From assembly GCA_000934665.2 (NCBI GenBank), contig JYFJ02001981.1:62001-119893 (forward strand): a stretch of DNA of 57,893 bases, given 5' to 3'. Positions 25,871 to 38,800 of the stretch are shown here, in pieces. This stretch comes from Catajapyx aquilonaris. Its lineage: Eukaryota. The notes beneath the pieces were generated by a model that was given only the letters and a program-made list of their open reading frames with translations, was not told where the DNA came from and ran no database searches. The number at the start of each line of letters is the position of its first letter. Position 1 is the stretch's first letter. Position numbers and translations under genes: made by a program.

Positions 25871-26975
25871 CCACGTTAATTAAGCGACATGCAACGAATC
25901 AATGATCGTTACGAAAGTGTTCCACATCCAATCCACCCCGAAAATATATCCCACATACCGTACTATGTTCTAAAAGGCTATCAGAGCAAGTTATATGTGC
26001 AGTGCTCGTAAGCAATTAATAAAGGTCTAATAAAGAAAATTTAGAGCCTCAATATAGGGGCATTCCTGATGATCATATTCGTGCATGTGAATCTAACACG
26101 GGCCTACTGCATTGTACGCAAATAACTAATGTTTTGAAACTGTTCTGTAGTTGGTTAAAGAACGCAAAATATTATTGTCTAATTAAAGCATGTGTGCTGT
26201 GAAGGAAAATGGCACAGCATCATTATGTTGGACTTGTGTGTGACACAATACTATATCAGTAATAAGTGCTTTATGATGAGAGAGGAAATACTGTATATCA
26301 GGTGGGCAGCCCAGAAGAATAAATGCTGGCGGAAATAAAGCAACAATCCTACTTCAGTGTGCCTTTAATAGGCAACATATGCAGAAGCTAATACTGTAAT
26401 TATTTCCTAGCTCATCCATTAATAAAACAGATACTCGATGCCACTATATACAGCCCAAACACTAAATGAGGCATTGTGAAAAACAATCAACTGCAGCCTT
26501 TCTAAAAATAAGAGCAAAAACATTCCCTTCAGTACAAAAATGGTAGTAAGAACTCAACCTACTGTTATATACCAAGTATATAGCTACGTATCTTCTGAAA
26601 TTGATAGTTAAGATTCCAGGATAGCAGCAGTGTGGTATTATCACCTTCTGCCTCGTCGTCTTGGAATCACTACACTGCTGAGCTGATGCATCCGTGTATG
26701 GGCCACAGTTATTATCTGCTGGTGTGAATCCACATTCGAATGGGACCGGTAGCTGACTCTCTGTACACACTGTCGCACACTTTCATTTCCCTTCTCCCAT
26801 TTCTCTTACAGACCTACATACTGTGTACATTACTGTACATGACACATCAACAATAGTCTTATGGTGCCGGATGAGCTTATCTCGAGTGCATTGCACCTTG
26901 CAGATACGAATTTCATTTCTATTCAGGGAACTGCACTGGGAAAATCGTTTAAACAGGAACACGAGCAGGAATATG

Positions 26976-27344
26976 CAGGGTGGCCCGTACTTTGTCCGAC
27001 TAATATGTCTATTTTGACACTTAGCTGCTTATTTTGTAGCAGTCAATTTTGCTTACTGAAATGGCTTACTTGAAATGGCAATCAAAAATATTAGCTGCTA
27101 ATATTAGGCCACGAACTGAATCATCCATTCATTTTCTGAAATGCCACGTACAGTACGAGATAGGGAATGGCCCATTGGAACATGGCATTTGTCATCTAAC
27201 GCCATTGACAGAACCCACTTTGTGTCAGACCCCGTTTGCAGGCGTTAAAAAGGATGGGTTCACACAACCAACATTAGCATTAGCAACTTATAATTTTGAC
27301 AAAAACAGCCATACAAGTTGTACAAGTATTTTGGGATCACCCTG
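26976..27344. mobile_element. Degenerate Tc1/mariner-type MITE (CAGGGTG...CACCCTG)
   Basis: CAGGGTG at 26976 and CACCCTG|TA ending at 27344, with loosely complementary ~40-bp subterminal sequence. Confidence 0.45.
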
Positions 27345-28138
27345 TATATGTATTGTTAAATAGGGACACCCTTTGCAGTTACACGATGTTTTTGGACACA
27401 CAGTAAGGCCGATATAATGGCGTCGCGTCCCATCCGGTCCCACATCTACCATGAGATGAGCGGTATATTACGAAGAAAAGCCCACCTGCTCTCTATACAC
27501 CCCGATGTCATCTTCCATGGTTCTTGGTCCTTCACACGATTAGTAGATACGAGAGAGTTGATCCCAACTCGTCACACTCCCGCCCGACAGCACGAGCCCG
27601 ACCTGCAGAAACACGAGAGAATGCAAACAAGCAACCCGCCATTACTAGCAGTCTTCCTTTATCACTACCGCGGCGCCACCTCCTCGCTTACTTAAACTAT
27701 TATTTTTAGAAATATTAAATTATATTAAACTTATCCGCAAATAATTAAAATTCGTAAGAGTGCCGAAGGTAAACTTTGGCGCATTAATTTCCTAACCGTT
27801 CCCAACAGCAAGAACACGTTGATTGACTTCTCTCCATTCACGAATAGTGCGCACATGGGGCCAATATCTTGCTACTGCGTAGTCACATGGTGGGTATTGT
27901 GCAGCATGCTCTGAGATGGAAGCTGCGCACATAGCTGTGATGTGGAACAAGTCCCGTGACATGTGCGCACAACCGCATCGATCTGGAACATGCGCATGCA
28001 AAATCCAACATGTCTTCTGCTGGTGGCAGCAGCTGCAGCCTCCTGGTCACTCCCTGGATGATTTCGGCAGTGACTCAGCCCAGGAGCTAACGTTGCTGTG
28101 ACTTGGTTCAGGTGACAGGCTCGAGACCCCTTCAGGCC

Positions 28139-29579
28139 ATGGAGGGGAAGGGAGAGGCGGCGGGCGATGAGGCTGCAGGGCGGGAAGGGCGCGTGGATGC
28201 TTCCAGGCCCAACAACGAGGAAGTCATCGGGGAGCTCGTCAAGGACCTGGAGGCATCGGCCATACCACAGGAGGAAGGCGGCGGCGGGGACAGGGAAGAG
28301 GAGGAGACCCAAGGAGCTTCCTCAGATCAGGAGGACCCAGATGGGGCAGCCTGCCAGGAGGAGGAGCCGGACACAAACGATGACAAACCATCCCTGGCGG
28401 ATGACACTGTCGACGAAGACGCCATGAAGGATGTGGAAGGAAGCATGACTGATGAAGACAAAGAGGTAGCCAGACGGTGTTTGCCTAGTTCAAGACAATC
28501 ACGTTGCATATTTCTCAACTGTGGTTCGGACATTCCTCCCAGTTATTTACCTTGATATGCTATAAGTTCAGGGTATGAGAGCTGCATCTTCGCCACTTGA
28601 GGTTTTCTGAGAATCTGGCAAGGATTTAATGACATACCTCATCTCCTTGGCATCACATTTTTCAAAATAATGAAAGGCCATTTCAATCACCTTTTCATTG
28701 AACTGTGGCGTCAACTCCAAGCCAGTAATGACATGTTGACAATTTAAGAGGAAGAATAGCTTTTCCTGTTTTAATTGAAACTGACGAGCACTTGCTCCAG
28801 TTCTTAATTGTATGCCCCCATTACAGAAAAACAAAGATATGGCCCAGCAGTTGAAGCATGATGGAAATGAGGCATTCCGCAAGGGCGACTTCTTTGAGTC
28901 CATCCGCCTGTACACCTTGGCCCTACGAACCTGCCCACTGTCATACGACAAAGAGCGAGCCATCCTGTATGCCAACCGTGCTGCTGCCAAGCTGTCCCTG
29001 GGCTTCAAGGAACCAGCCATTGAAGATTGCACACTGGCTGTAAAGAGGAACCCTGGATACTTGAAAGCCTTGCTCAGGAGGGCCAAATTATACGAGGAGA
29101 CTGAGAAGCTGGATGAAGCACTGGAGGACTACAAGGCTGTTTTGCTTATTGATCCACTTCATCGGGAAGCAGTCTATGCTGCCAGGGTTAGTATGATTTG
29201 TAACGTTACAATAGGTCAACACAAATGTCTTTTCTGAGTCCAGCATTCAGTGTTTGTTCAAGGACATGAAGGCATGTGTATTTGCATGGACATTGTCCAA
29301 TACAATGATGGCACTTTCCTATGAGAGGTGCTTGAACCTAATGGCATCAGTATGAGTCAGAAATGAATGCAGGTAATACTATCCAGCTTTATATTTCAGA
29401 GGCTTCCAGAGCAGATCAATGAGCGCAATGAGAAGATGAAGGCAGAAATGATGGACAAGTTGAAAGACCTGGGAAACATGGTCTTGCGTCCATTTGGACT
29501 GTCCACATCAAACTTCAAGCTGCAGCAAGATCCAAACACGGGTGGATATTCTGTCTCCTTCCAACAAAATAACAGCTGA
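28139..29579 (+). CDS. TTC1: Tetratricopeptide repeat protein 1, 288 aa, 3 coding exons (28139-28465, 28827-29186, 29400-29579)
   Basis: Acidic N-terminus, three TPRs ([14 protein letters not shown]...[10 protein letters not shown]...[26 protein letters not shown]) and the TTC1 C-terminus [41 protein letters not shown]. Phase-0 GT-AG junctions. Confidence 0.95.
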
Positions 29580-29829
29580 AATTGTGCATCATTAAAATAA
29601 ACACTTCTTTTTCGGACCCCCATGATTTTAATTCCCAAGAAACACATTCCAATGGATATATCGCCATGATGGTTTCTGTGATGCATGGGGCTGTAGACAA
29701 AAACAAAAGCTGTGGCTAGAAACATTATTAACCCAAGTAATAGCTATGGCTCCCAAACCTAATCCGATAACACCTTCCCGATACGTGTATTAATAAACTG
29801 ATTGAAAAATGACAGAACTGGGCACGTGA

Positions 29830-32800
29830 TTAACGCTTGGCAACCATGGTCCATCCGTCGCTCACTCCATCCTCTGCCCCTCCTGCACTGCTTTCCTCTG
29901 CACTGTTGTCAGCCTTGGGCGCTTCTTTTCGAACTGCTGCAAAAACAGCCCACAATTAGTGTCGTGTACACACCACTATGACAATGAATGCAGGCACTTG
30001 CAACCATGCAGTATTCATGCACAAATACATCCTTTGACATGTGGCCATTTGCCCTCATTTTCAAACAAATCTGGGCTAGTGTTCAATCCCACCCAGAGCT
30101 TTCTGCCATTTTCCTACTTCCAGTTGATTGACCTAAGAATGGTCATTGAAATTAAATGTCCCAAGGATAAGACATGGCAAAAATCACACATTACCAGATC
30201 AGGCTAAAGGTCAGACATATCATCAAATTAATCTTGGAAGTTAAAATGTTCTCTTGCAACTCTGACCATCATTCAGCCGTAACATACCTGGTTTCTTCTT
30301 GCGTTCCTCAGCAGGCTGCGGTGGTGGTGCTCCTGGGCTTTCTGGAGCTGTTCGTGGCTCTGTCCGTGGCTCTGTCCGTGGTTCTGCTCTTGGTTCTGCT
30401 CGTGGTTCTGTACGTTCAGGTTTCTCATTCTTATCAGGCCCATTTGCCTTCTGGGGTGGACGTTCAATTACGCGCTCTCTACGTTCTTCTCCCTTTGAAT
30501 CATCTTGCGTCCGTTTAGCAGCCTCCCTCTCTCGCCACCCACCACGCTCTACCTCACGACGCTCAGGTTCACGGTCAACACGTCGTTCCAGGTCACGCCG
30601 ATCAAGCTCACGTGGTGCTTCAGATCGGTCAAAGTCACGACGACGATCGAGGTCACGTGGTATTTCACGTCGGTCATCGTCTCTCCTGGGTCCCCCACCA
30701 CCACCAGAGCGCCAATTCATTGGCTCTGCAGCAGAGGGTCCAGTACGAGGCTCTTCTCGTTCTCTGTCACGATCCCTGCCATACAACAATTCATAATTAG
30801 CCATCTTACTAATCAGTATCACTGGGCTTTATGGCTGTGCCCGACAAGAATAAAACCTGTTTTACGAATTGCCTCTGAGCGTTATAAAGCGACTTCGCAC
30901 CCCGAACTGCAAGTCGTCGCTGCATATGGGCGGGCAGGGAAACACTGCTTCCTGCCATATTTCAAACTATGAAAAGGTTGCTGCTCGTGGCAAAGTATGA
31001 GAAAGTATGAGAAGGAGAGGTACACGAGCCAGGCCAACCTGGGGTCGGGCGGGCTCGGGGCGGTGAGCCGGGTGAGGGCAGTGTCCTACTAGACCACGGA
31101 CAGGACGAAGGCGGATGGGACGGTGGCAGAAGGACGGGACAGTGGACGGGACATTAGCGGCCATGCGGCCAAGGGGAATAACGCAATATGGCGGAGACGG
31201 GGAGCCGGAGGAGGTGAGGGTGGTGTGGATGTCATGTGACTCGAGATAACTTCCTCTGATTGGCTCAATGCGGCAGCAGCATGCAGTCAGACTTCTGGAG
31301 ATTTTGAAGCCGGTCCGGCAGCAAAATGCAGCTATGTGCTGCTTGTTGTCTTTTAATAAATTTGTCTGCCGCGCATGTTGCTTGCAGTGCGGTGTTATGA
31401 AGTGGCTTTATAACGCTCAGAGGGAATTTGTAAAACAGGTTTAACAGATGTTTACATAATATAATCATTGAAAACAACAAAGAGCAAAACCTAAATCAGC
31501 CACTCACCAAGCTGAACCTGGTCCTCTTCGATCTCCACGTCTGAAAATAATAAACAACTCTGTTGACTAATGTTCAGATAAATGACTTGATTCAATTTGC
31601 TATACCTCAGTGAACCGAGATCCCTGTCATCCTGGTCCCGGTCAACTTCACGATCCCTATTCCGCAACGATCCCCAATCCCTATCCCTCGGTGGACCATC
31701 ACGATCACGGTCCCTTGATAGAAAATCACGCTCACGGTCCCTGGGTGGGAAGTCGTGGTCCCTGTCTCTGGGTGGATAGTCACGATTGCGATCTCTGGAA
31801 GGAAAGTCCCGGTCTCTGTCTCTTGGAGGGAAGTCACGATCTCGATCCCTTGGTGGGAAGCCACGCTCCCTTGGCGGGAAGTCACGATCACGGTCCCTTG
31901 GAGGCAGGTCCCGTTCCCTTGGAGGCAGGTCCCGTTCCCTTGGAGGCAGGTCTCGTTCCCTTGGTGGCAGGTCACGTTCCCTTGGAGGCAGGTCACGTTC
32001 CCTTGGTGGAAGGTCACGCTCTCTTGGTGGAAGGTCACGTTCCCTTGGAGGCAAATCACGCTCTCTTGGTGGAAGGTCACGTTCCCTTGGAGGCAAATCA
32101 CGCTCCCTTGGTGGAAGGTCACGTTCCCTTGGAGCATCCCTCTGCTCTCTCCAACTACGAGAATCATCCTGCAAAGAAAAGTACGGTTACTGTAGTGGTT
32201 GCTAAATTTTTATACAGGGTAAAAGGAAACTCGCGGACAATCATCAGGTAGACTTATAATACTCATAAAACTACTATAGTGATGTGCAATTAGTTTTTGG
32301 CTCCGTTGCGGAGTTAATGCGTATGGCGCCTTTAAAGTGTAGAGGGCCGGATGGTAAAATATGAGGTAACAAGCACAGACTTTAAAAACCTTTTTAAGGA
32401 CACTCTTCGAATCTGAGAGCCTGTCACTCCGCCGTCTGGCGTGCGGAGGTTGCTAACTCATCCACTCACGTGACTACCACCCGATGATGGTGTGGAAGTG
32501 GCGATCTCACAAACTCACGTGACTACTACCACTATCTGGCATTGAGGTTGCGTACTCACCCCTAAATGTGAATACCTACCACTAGATGGTGGGGGAATGG
32601 CGAACTCGCTGCACGCGGGCGGACAGACTGTAGTGAAGCTAATATAAAGCGTGTAAAAATTACCCATGAATTCTTACTCTGACGGGATTTGATTCCCTAT
32701 TGCACATGGACGACGAGTCAGGTGACCAAGGCTGGATTGTTTGGAGGCCCTCAAGCTGACTTTTGCTTCTTCGAAGCTGGCAGAACGGATGTGACGTAAC

Positions 32801-35800
32801 GATTAACTATGCAACGGTGCCCAAAACTAATTACACATCCCTACATTAGTTTTACGAGTACTATCAGTCTACCTGGCGATTGTCCGTGAGGTTCCCTTCA
32901 CCCTGTACATTGTCTAAATCTTAGTAACTAAACTTGTGCGTCATGCTCACAAATCCTCATTTTGTGATGGAATGACGTGTCTAAGGCACCAAGTGTATTG
33001 GCAATAAAGTTCCTTTCTAGTCACTCTCTTGTGCCTCAAAATATTTGCACTTATTTAATTTACACCCTGCATGTCACACACACAGTGAGTCAGGCAAATC
33101 ATGATTATGAATTGTTTCCAATTTCATATGGCCACAGAAAGTGTTAGGACCTTTGCAAAAATTTTATACAAATTTTTTCTGGGAAGGCAACCCTCAAGAT
33201 GGGGTAATGGCAGGCCTATGGCAGGCCTATGACACTCCTCAAATACGGTAGGTTAACACCTGTGTCCTGGCCAGACGGCGCTGGTGGCGGAATCCCTCCA
33301 GTGGTCCCTCCATTGTCTGCCGCCATCTTGAAGACCCATTCCGGTTGGCTGGCAAGTCAATCTGCCTACGGGTGGGTGCCAAAAAAAATACGCAGAAAAA
33401 TAAGTAGGTACTGCTCGGTACTGCTAGCTATCTTTAGTCATGTCTAAATAAAATAAATAGTACACTTACAATGCTCTTTTACAATCACCTCCTGCTCGCT
33501 TGACATTTTTGTTGTGTCCAGAATGCCTTCTGCACATTTACCGAGCATTGTAAGTGTACTATTTATTTCATTTAGACATGACTAAAGATAGCTAGCAGTA
33601 CCGAGCAGTACCGTACTTATTTTTCAGCATATTTTTTTTTGGCATCCAGCAGATTGACTTGCCAGCCACCGGAATGGGTCTTCAAGATGGCGGCAGACAA
33701 TGGAGGGACCACTGGAGGGACATCCGCCGTCAGCGCCGTCTGGCCAGGACAGTTATTAACCTACCGTCACCATACATGTAGGTGGGCTGTGTCAGGGGGC
33801 TGGGTAATGGAAAGGAAAACCAATGTTTCTCTAACACACAAACTTTCATATCAATTTTAGTGGTAAATTTGCAACCCCTTTTTAAAAATGTTCATTGTTA
33901 TTGTTTTTGTAAAAATTTAACAAGATTTTAAAATGCTCCTAATGCTGTTTTAAGTTCGGAAAAGCTAATTTTGAAACCAATATCTCAGTTGGGTACCTAA
34001 GTGGAATAAAACCGTATTTCACTTTTTCATGCATTATTGGAAGCATCCCCAATAAAACTCCACCTCTTATTAGAAAACACCTACTTAAGACTGTAAACTG
34101 TGTTCCCTTCTTGCTGGGCTATCTGTACTTTTAGATTATACATGACGATTTACTTACAAATCCACGTCTCACTGGACGATCATCGCGGTCTCGATCCCCG
34201 TCCAAGTCACGGTCTCGAGGCCCCAGCCTGTCTCTGCTCAGAGGAGGGAGAGCAGGGCCACGCTCTGACCGTTCCCTATCCTGGTCATCATCAGCATCCC
34301 GGCGTGGAGCATAGCGATCTGTACCAGCTGCATCAACCGCCTGCCACTTATCTGAAAATACAGGAACAAATGGTGATGCAGAAAATACGAGTGCGGATCA
34401 AACAAAAATTAGAACAGTGACATTATTTATTAACTGGCCATTTCATATGATGTTTGAGAGAGGTAGGTGTGGACAGTCAAGTTTAGAAAGTTTGCTAAGA
34501 GGTAGAGTGTTAGTCGTGCAGTAGCTGTGCAAGACGGTGGATCCCCTTCTAGTATGCACCAAGGAGGAGGAGAGAGCTGTCATTTGATTTTGGACAAAAT
34601 GCACATCAGCAAATGCACATATCTGCCATGTACGTATCTCTCAGTCACTTTGTCTACGAGTAGTGTAAAATATTTCAGAACGGTGCAAGTAATCTGACAG
34701 ATGCTCTGATTCCAGGCCAGTGGAATGGACCTGTGCCAGCTGGAATTTTTTACAGCACTAGTGAACATGTGATTGCAAGATACATTCCAGATCAACATTG
34801 ATCATGCATTTTCTGAAATACTTCGTTGGGTTTTGTTCCTTCTGCGACAAAACTCATTACCACCATTCTCTTCCTTGGTCATGTCTCACAAGCCCTCTGT
34901 TCCATTCATGTGCCAATAATGACAGTCCACTCTCCCACTGTGTTTGAAATACGAGATGATGAAAAACTCGTTGATGGATATTGTGTAATATCTGAAAACT
35001 GCTTGTATGTACCAGGTAAAAATCACAGATTTTTTTCTTGTAGAAGACCTGCCAATAAATTGCAAAATTTTGTTACCACTGCAGCATCAAACCCATTCCA
35101 CTTCAGGTTAACTTGGGACACATTTGCTTTACCCCACAAGAGAATGAAACCTGAGCTCTTATGACCTCCTTGACGTTCTGGTTTGGGTGCCAAAAACTCC
35201 CTTCATAAATTCACATGACATTGATCAGCTTTGTAGTGTATCCTGCATGGCATATTCTTTTCCTTCACTGAAAGACTTACTGTGTCATGCTGTAGAAACA
35301 ATATTACTCATGCCTATAGAGAAATTTCTCAACTTTCTTTTTCTGTTTTGTTCTCGAAAGTACTATGTGTTGTATAAACAGCATCGCTTTATCACTAATA
35401 CTAAATACAGCATTGCTTTTAGCATTGTGATGTGCTAAAAAAGAAAACTTACTGGAAGGTCTCCCAATGTCTCGCCGGCTTGATGCTGCATCATCTTTCT
35501 TCCTCCAGTCTTTCTCCCCCTCTCTTCCTCCCCCATCTCTTCCTGGCCCATCTCTTCCTGGCCCATCCCTTCCTGGCCCATCCCTTACTGGCCCATCTCT
35601 TCCTCCTCCATCCCGGCCACCAGCCCACCTGTCTGCATCCCTCTCCCTGGCCAGCTTCTCCTCAATCTCCCTTTCCCTCTTTCGCTGCTTCTCAGCAGTG
35701 ATTTCCAGATCCCTCATTCTCTTGGTGATGCGCTCCTCCTCTTCCTCCTTTTTCTGCCTATCAATACGCTCATCCTCTTCCCTTTGTCGCTTCAGCTCCT

Positions 35801-38800
35801 CATCCCTCTTCAACTGCTCTTCCTCCTCCTTCTGCCGATACCAGCGACTTCTGCGTTCAGATTTGCGCTTCTCACGACGGTCCTGCACACGTCGTCTCTT
35901 CATCTCTTCCAGCTGGCGCTCAAATTCAGCCAATTTCTCCTGGTAAACTGAGCTGCGAGCCTTTTTCAATTTGTCCAAAAACCTCTCCTTGTCATCTCGC
36001 ATGCGTGCCAAACGATCCCGATGTGCCACAGCCAGTTTACGTTCTTCTACCATTTGAGAGATCCGCTCTTCTTCATACTGCTCCCACAGCTCCTTATCCT
36101 TGGCCTGTAAGAGAAATTCAATTAACCAAACTAATATGGTAACAAATTACTCTTGATATGGTTTGCAATGGGGTCCTAATTTTTTACTGAATGTTGTTTT
36201 TTTTGTTTGAAGAAATACGTATCAGTTTTTGAGCTATGATCGATCAAAGATCATATTAATTATATGGTATCGTACTGCCCTCTGACATCACACAGGGAAA
36301 AAACTAGTGGTGCAGACGCAGAAATGCACCAATTCTGCTACGTTCCTTGGTTTTTTTTTGCTTTTTTGGTGAGGCCTAACAACCACTCCTAACCGCCGAA
36401 TTGCAGGACTAACAGTAAACACGAGTGTTACATTCGCCCAAACAATTGGTTTCATCCCTGATCAAATCATTCATATAGAAGCACGGCCTTGACTTCACAT
36501 GAAAAATGGCAAGGGTCCACATGCACCCGAGGTCACGCCCCCCTTTTCCCCGCCAATTTGAGAGTGACTTTTAAAACCCGTGATAATTTATCGAGGAATG
36601 ACATTTTGGTGCTGAAAAGTGGTGGAATGCTTGTTTACATGTATGGTTGAGCTAGTCGTGCACAATTTCCCAAATCCCAGGCCAAGGCTAGGACCCCACT
36701 GCAAACCCTCATCAGAAATAATTATTCAAGTCAGGCGGCATTTAGAAAGGTCAGAAGTTGCTTGGATCACATTACTACATATCATGTGATTCATCTAAAA
36801 ATACTATATTTCAAAACCTATGGGACCTCATCAATGAATCTGCTTTCAGAACAATTCGACATACACAGCATCGGCAAAAGCTGCAGCATCTGAAGATATT
36901 TGTAAGAAAATTACTTTTGTGCCTGACACTGATAGTAACATCACAAGTAACCAAATGTTGCAAGGCCAACCCACCTGCTTCTCATCAATGTATTTTTGGA
37001 GGAAGGGAATCTCTTCAATACGTTTGGCCCTCTCAAAGTAGTCCACCTTCTTCTCTTGTGCTTTGTGCTTCTTTTGCAACTCCTTCTGCTCCTTGGCCAG
37101 TTCCTCAACCTGCTTGGCCATAATCTGCTCTGGGTCCATTGTCAGCAGATCTTCCTCGGCCATATCCTTGATCACTTTCTGTCCAACCTTAGGGTAATTT
37201 CAAATTGAAAAATTAATATTTGATATGTCTTCTAATTGTGGTATTTTAGTTGTCAGTTAAATGTATAAAAATTCAAACAAAAAACTTGGAATCCAAGACA
37301 TTAGTTATTTCGGTTCCTGTGCTACTGCAACCAATAATAATCAAGGACAGGTCTGCACAGGATCACACAAATGCAACTGCTGTGCTTTTCACTAATCACT
37401 TTCCCCCTGTAGCCCTACCTTGTGCTGGGAAAGCTCTTCTATCTTCTTACGCAAATGCTTGGCCTGAATCTGTTTGATCTCATCCTCCTGTCGTCTTCGC
37501 TCCCTCTCTTCCCGTTCCTGCTCTAGGCGCTTCTGCTCTGCAAGCATTTGCTGCCTGAGCAGCTCTTCCTGCCTTCTCGCTTCCTCTTCTTCCCTAACAG
37601 TGTTCTGTCTCTCAAGCGTCTCTTTCCTGTCTTCTATGATCTTATGTCGTGCCAAGATACGTTGGTGTTCACGGGCTTTGGTCTGGTGGTAGGCGGCAGC
37701 AATCTGGGTCCGTAATTCATCCCGCTCTGTCTTTTTACGCCGTGGGTCTATGGTGTTAACAGCACGGTGCAGAGCAGAATTCATGCACACCAGTTGGTTC
37801 CGGATCTGCTCGCTTGGCATGCTCTGCATTGTGGGGCCCTCAGGAAGGTCCTCACGCTGAGACTCAGAAAGGTCTGCGCCAAAGTGGATGCAATGTCGGG
37901 AATGATCTATGCGGATCTGGAGAGGGATGAAACATGGTTAAATTTGAGATTCCAGCAACAAGGACAGAAATCAAATTAATATTTTTTATGGATGATATCC
38001 TTGAAGTGATCCCAACACATTCAGAAGCAGTCATAATCTGAACAGGAAACAAGCCAGGCCTGAGTCTCTCACCTGCATATCATTATGCCGCACTGCATCA
38101 ACGAGCACTCGTTCCATGTGAAATGGGGTTGTGAAATGTGCCAGGCGAAGAAGATGCTCAAACTCGATGGTATGGTACACCTGTGCCACTTGCTTAACAA
38201 GACGTACTAATGTTATGTCTTTTAATGCTGAGATGTACTGCACCAGATGTACCATATCCTCTGACCCATCCACATGCTCCACTACTCCATTGACCAGCTT
38301 GCAGAGTTTCAATGGCTCAAATCGTTCTTCCAACCATGAGTACAATTCCTGCAATTCTGGAGTGGCAGTGGAAACAACATTAGCTCGAGTCAGGTCCTTG
38401 ACCAAGGAGACTCGGGTTGGAGGTTGAGGCAATCCCAGGAGGACTGCCAACCTCTGAGCCTTCTCTGCAGGACTCTTGTCTGTTTCAATAAATCGGTCAA
38501 ACTCTGGGTGCGCAGTGGGAAGCGGGACAGACAGAGTGGCAACCAGCACACGAGAGGCCATCTTCTGCAATTCCTCTGGTGTAATGTTCTTCTTCATCTC
38601 TTTAGACAGCTGGAACAGCTTGAAGAGAGCAGCAGCATGAAAGAGGAAGTTGTTGGCCTTCCAGAACACAAGAGCCAGCTTCTGGTAATAGTTGGCCATC
38701 ATCTTCGGCTGAGGTGGTTTCTTTGACAATGTCATTAGACCATGGATATCCTCAATTGCCTTGTATGCTTCCTAATAAAAGGAGAGAGGGGAGGTGTTAA

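Noticed and set aside
28568..29086. 172-aa minus-strand ORF and similar antisense ORFs over TTC1, fasciclin and eIF3a exons
   Set aside because: Antisense shadows of well-supported coding exons.
31597..32251. Long plus-strand and alternative-frame ORFs (RSRSLGG SR-like, VTFPWRQ, HVPLEAG repeats)
   Set aside because: Shadow frames of the stop-free 21-bp eIF3a repeat; only the RERDLPP frame has in-phase splice sites and synonymous-only variation.
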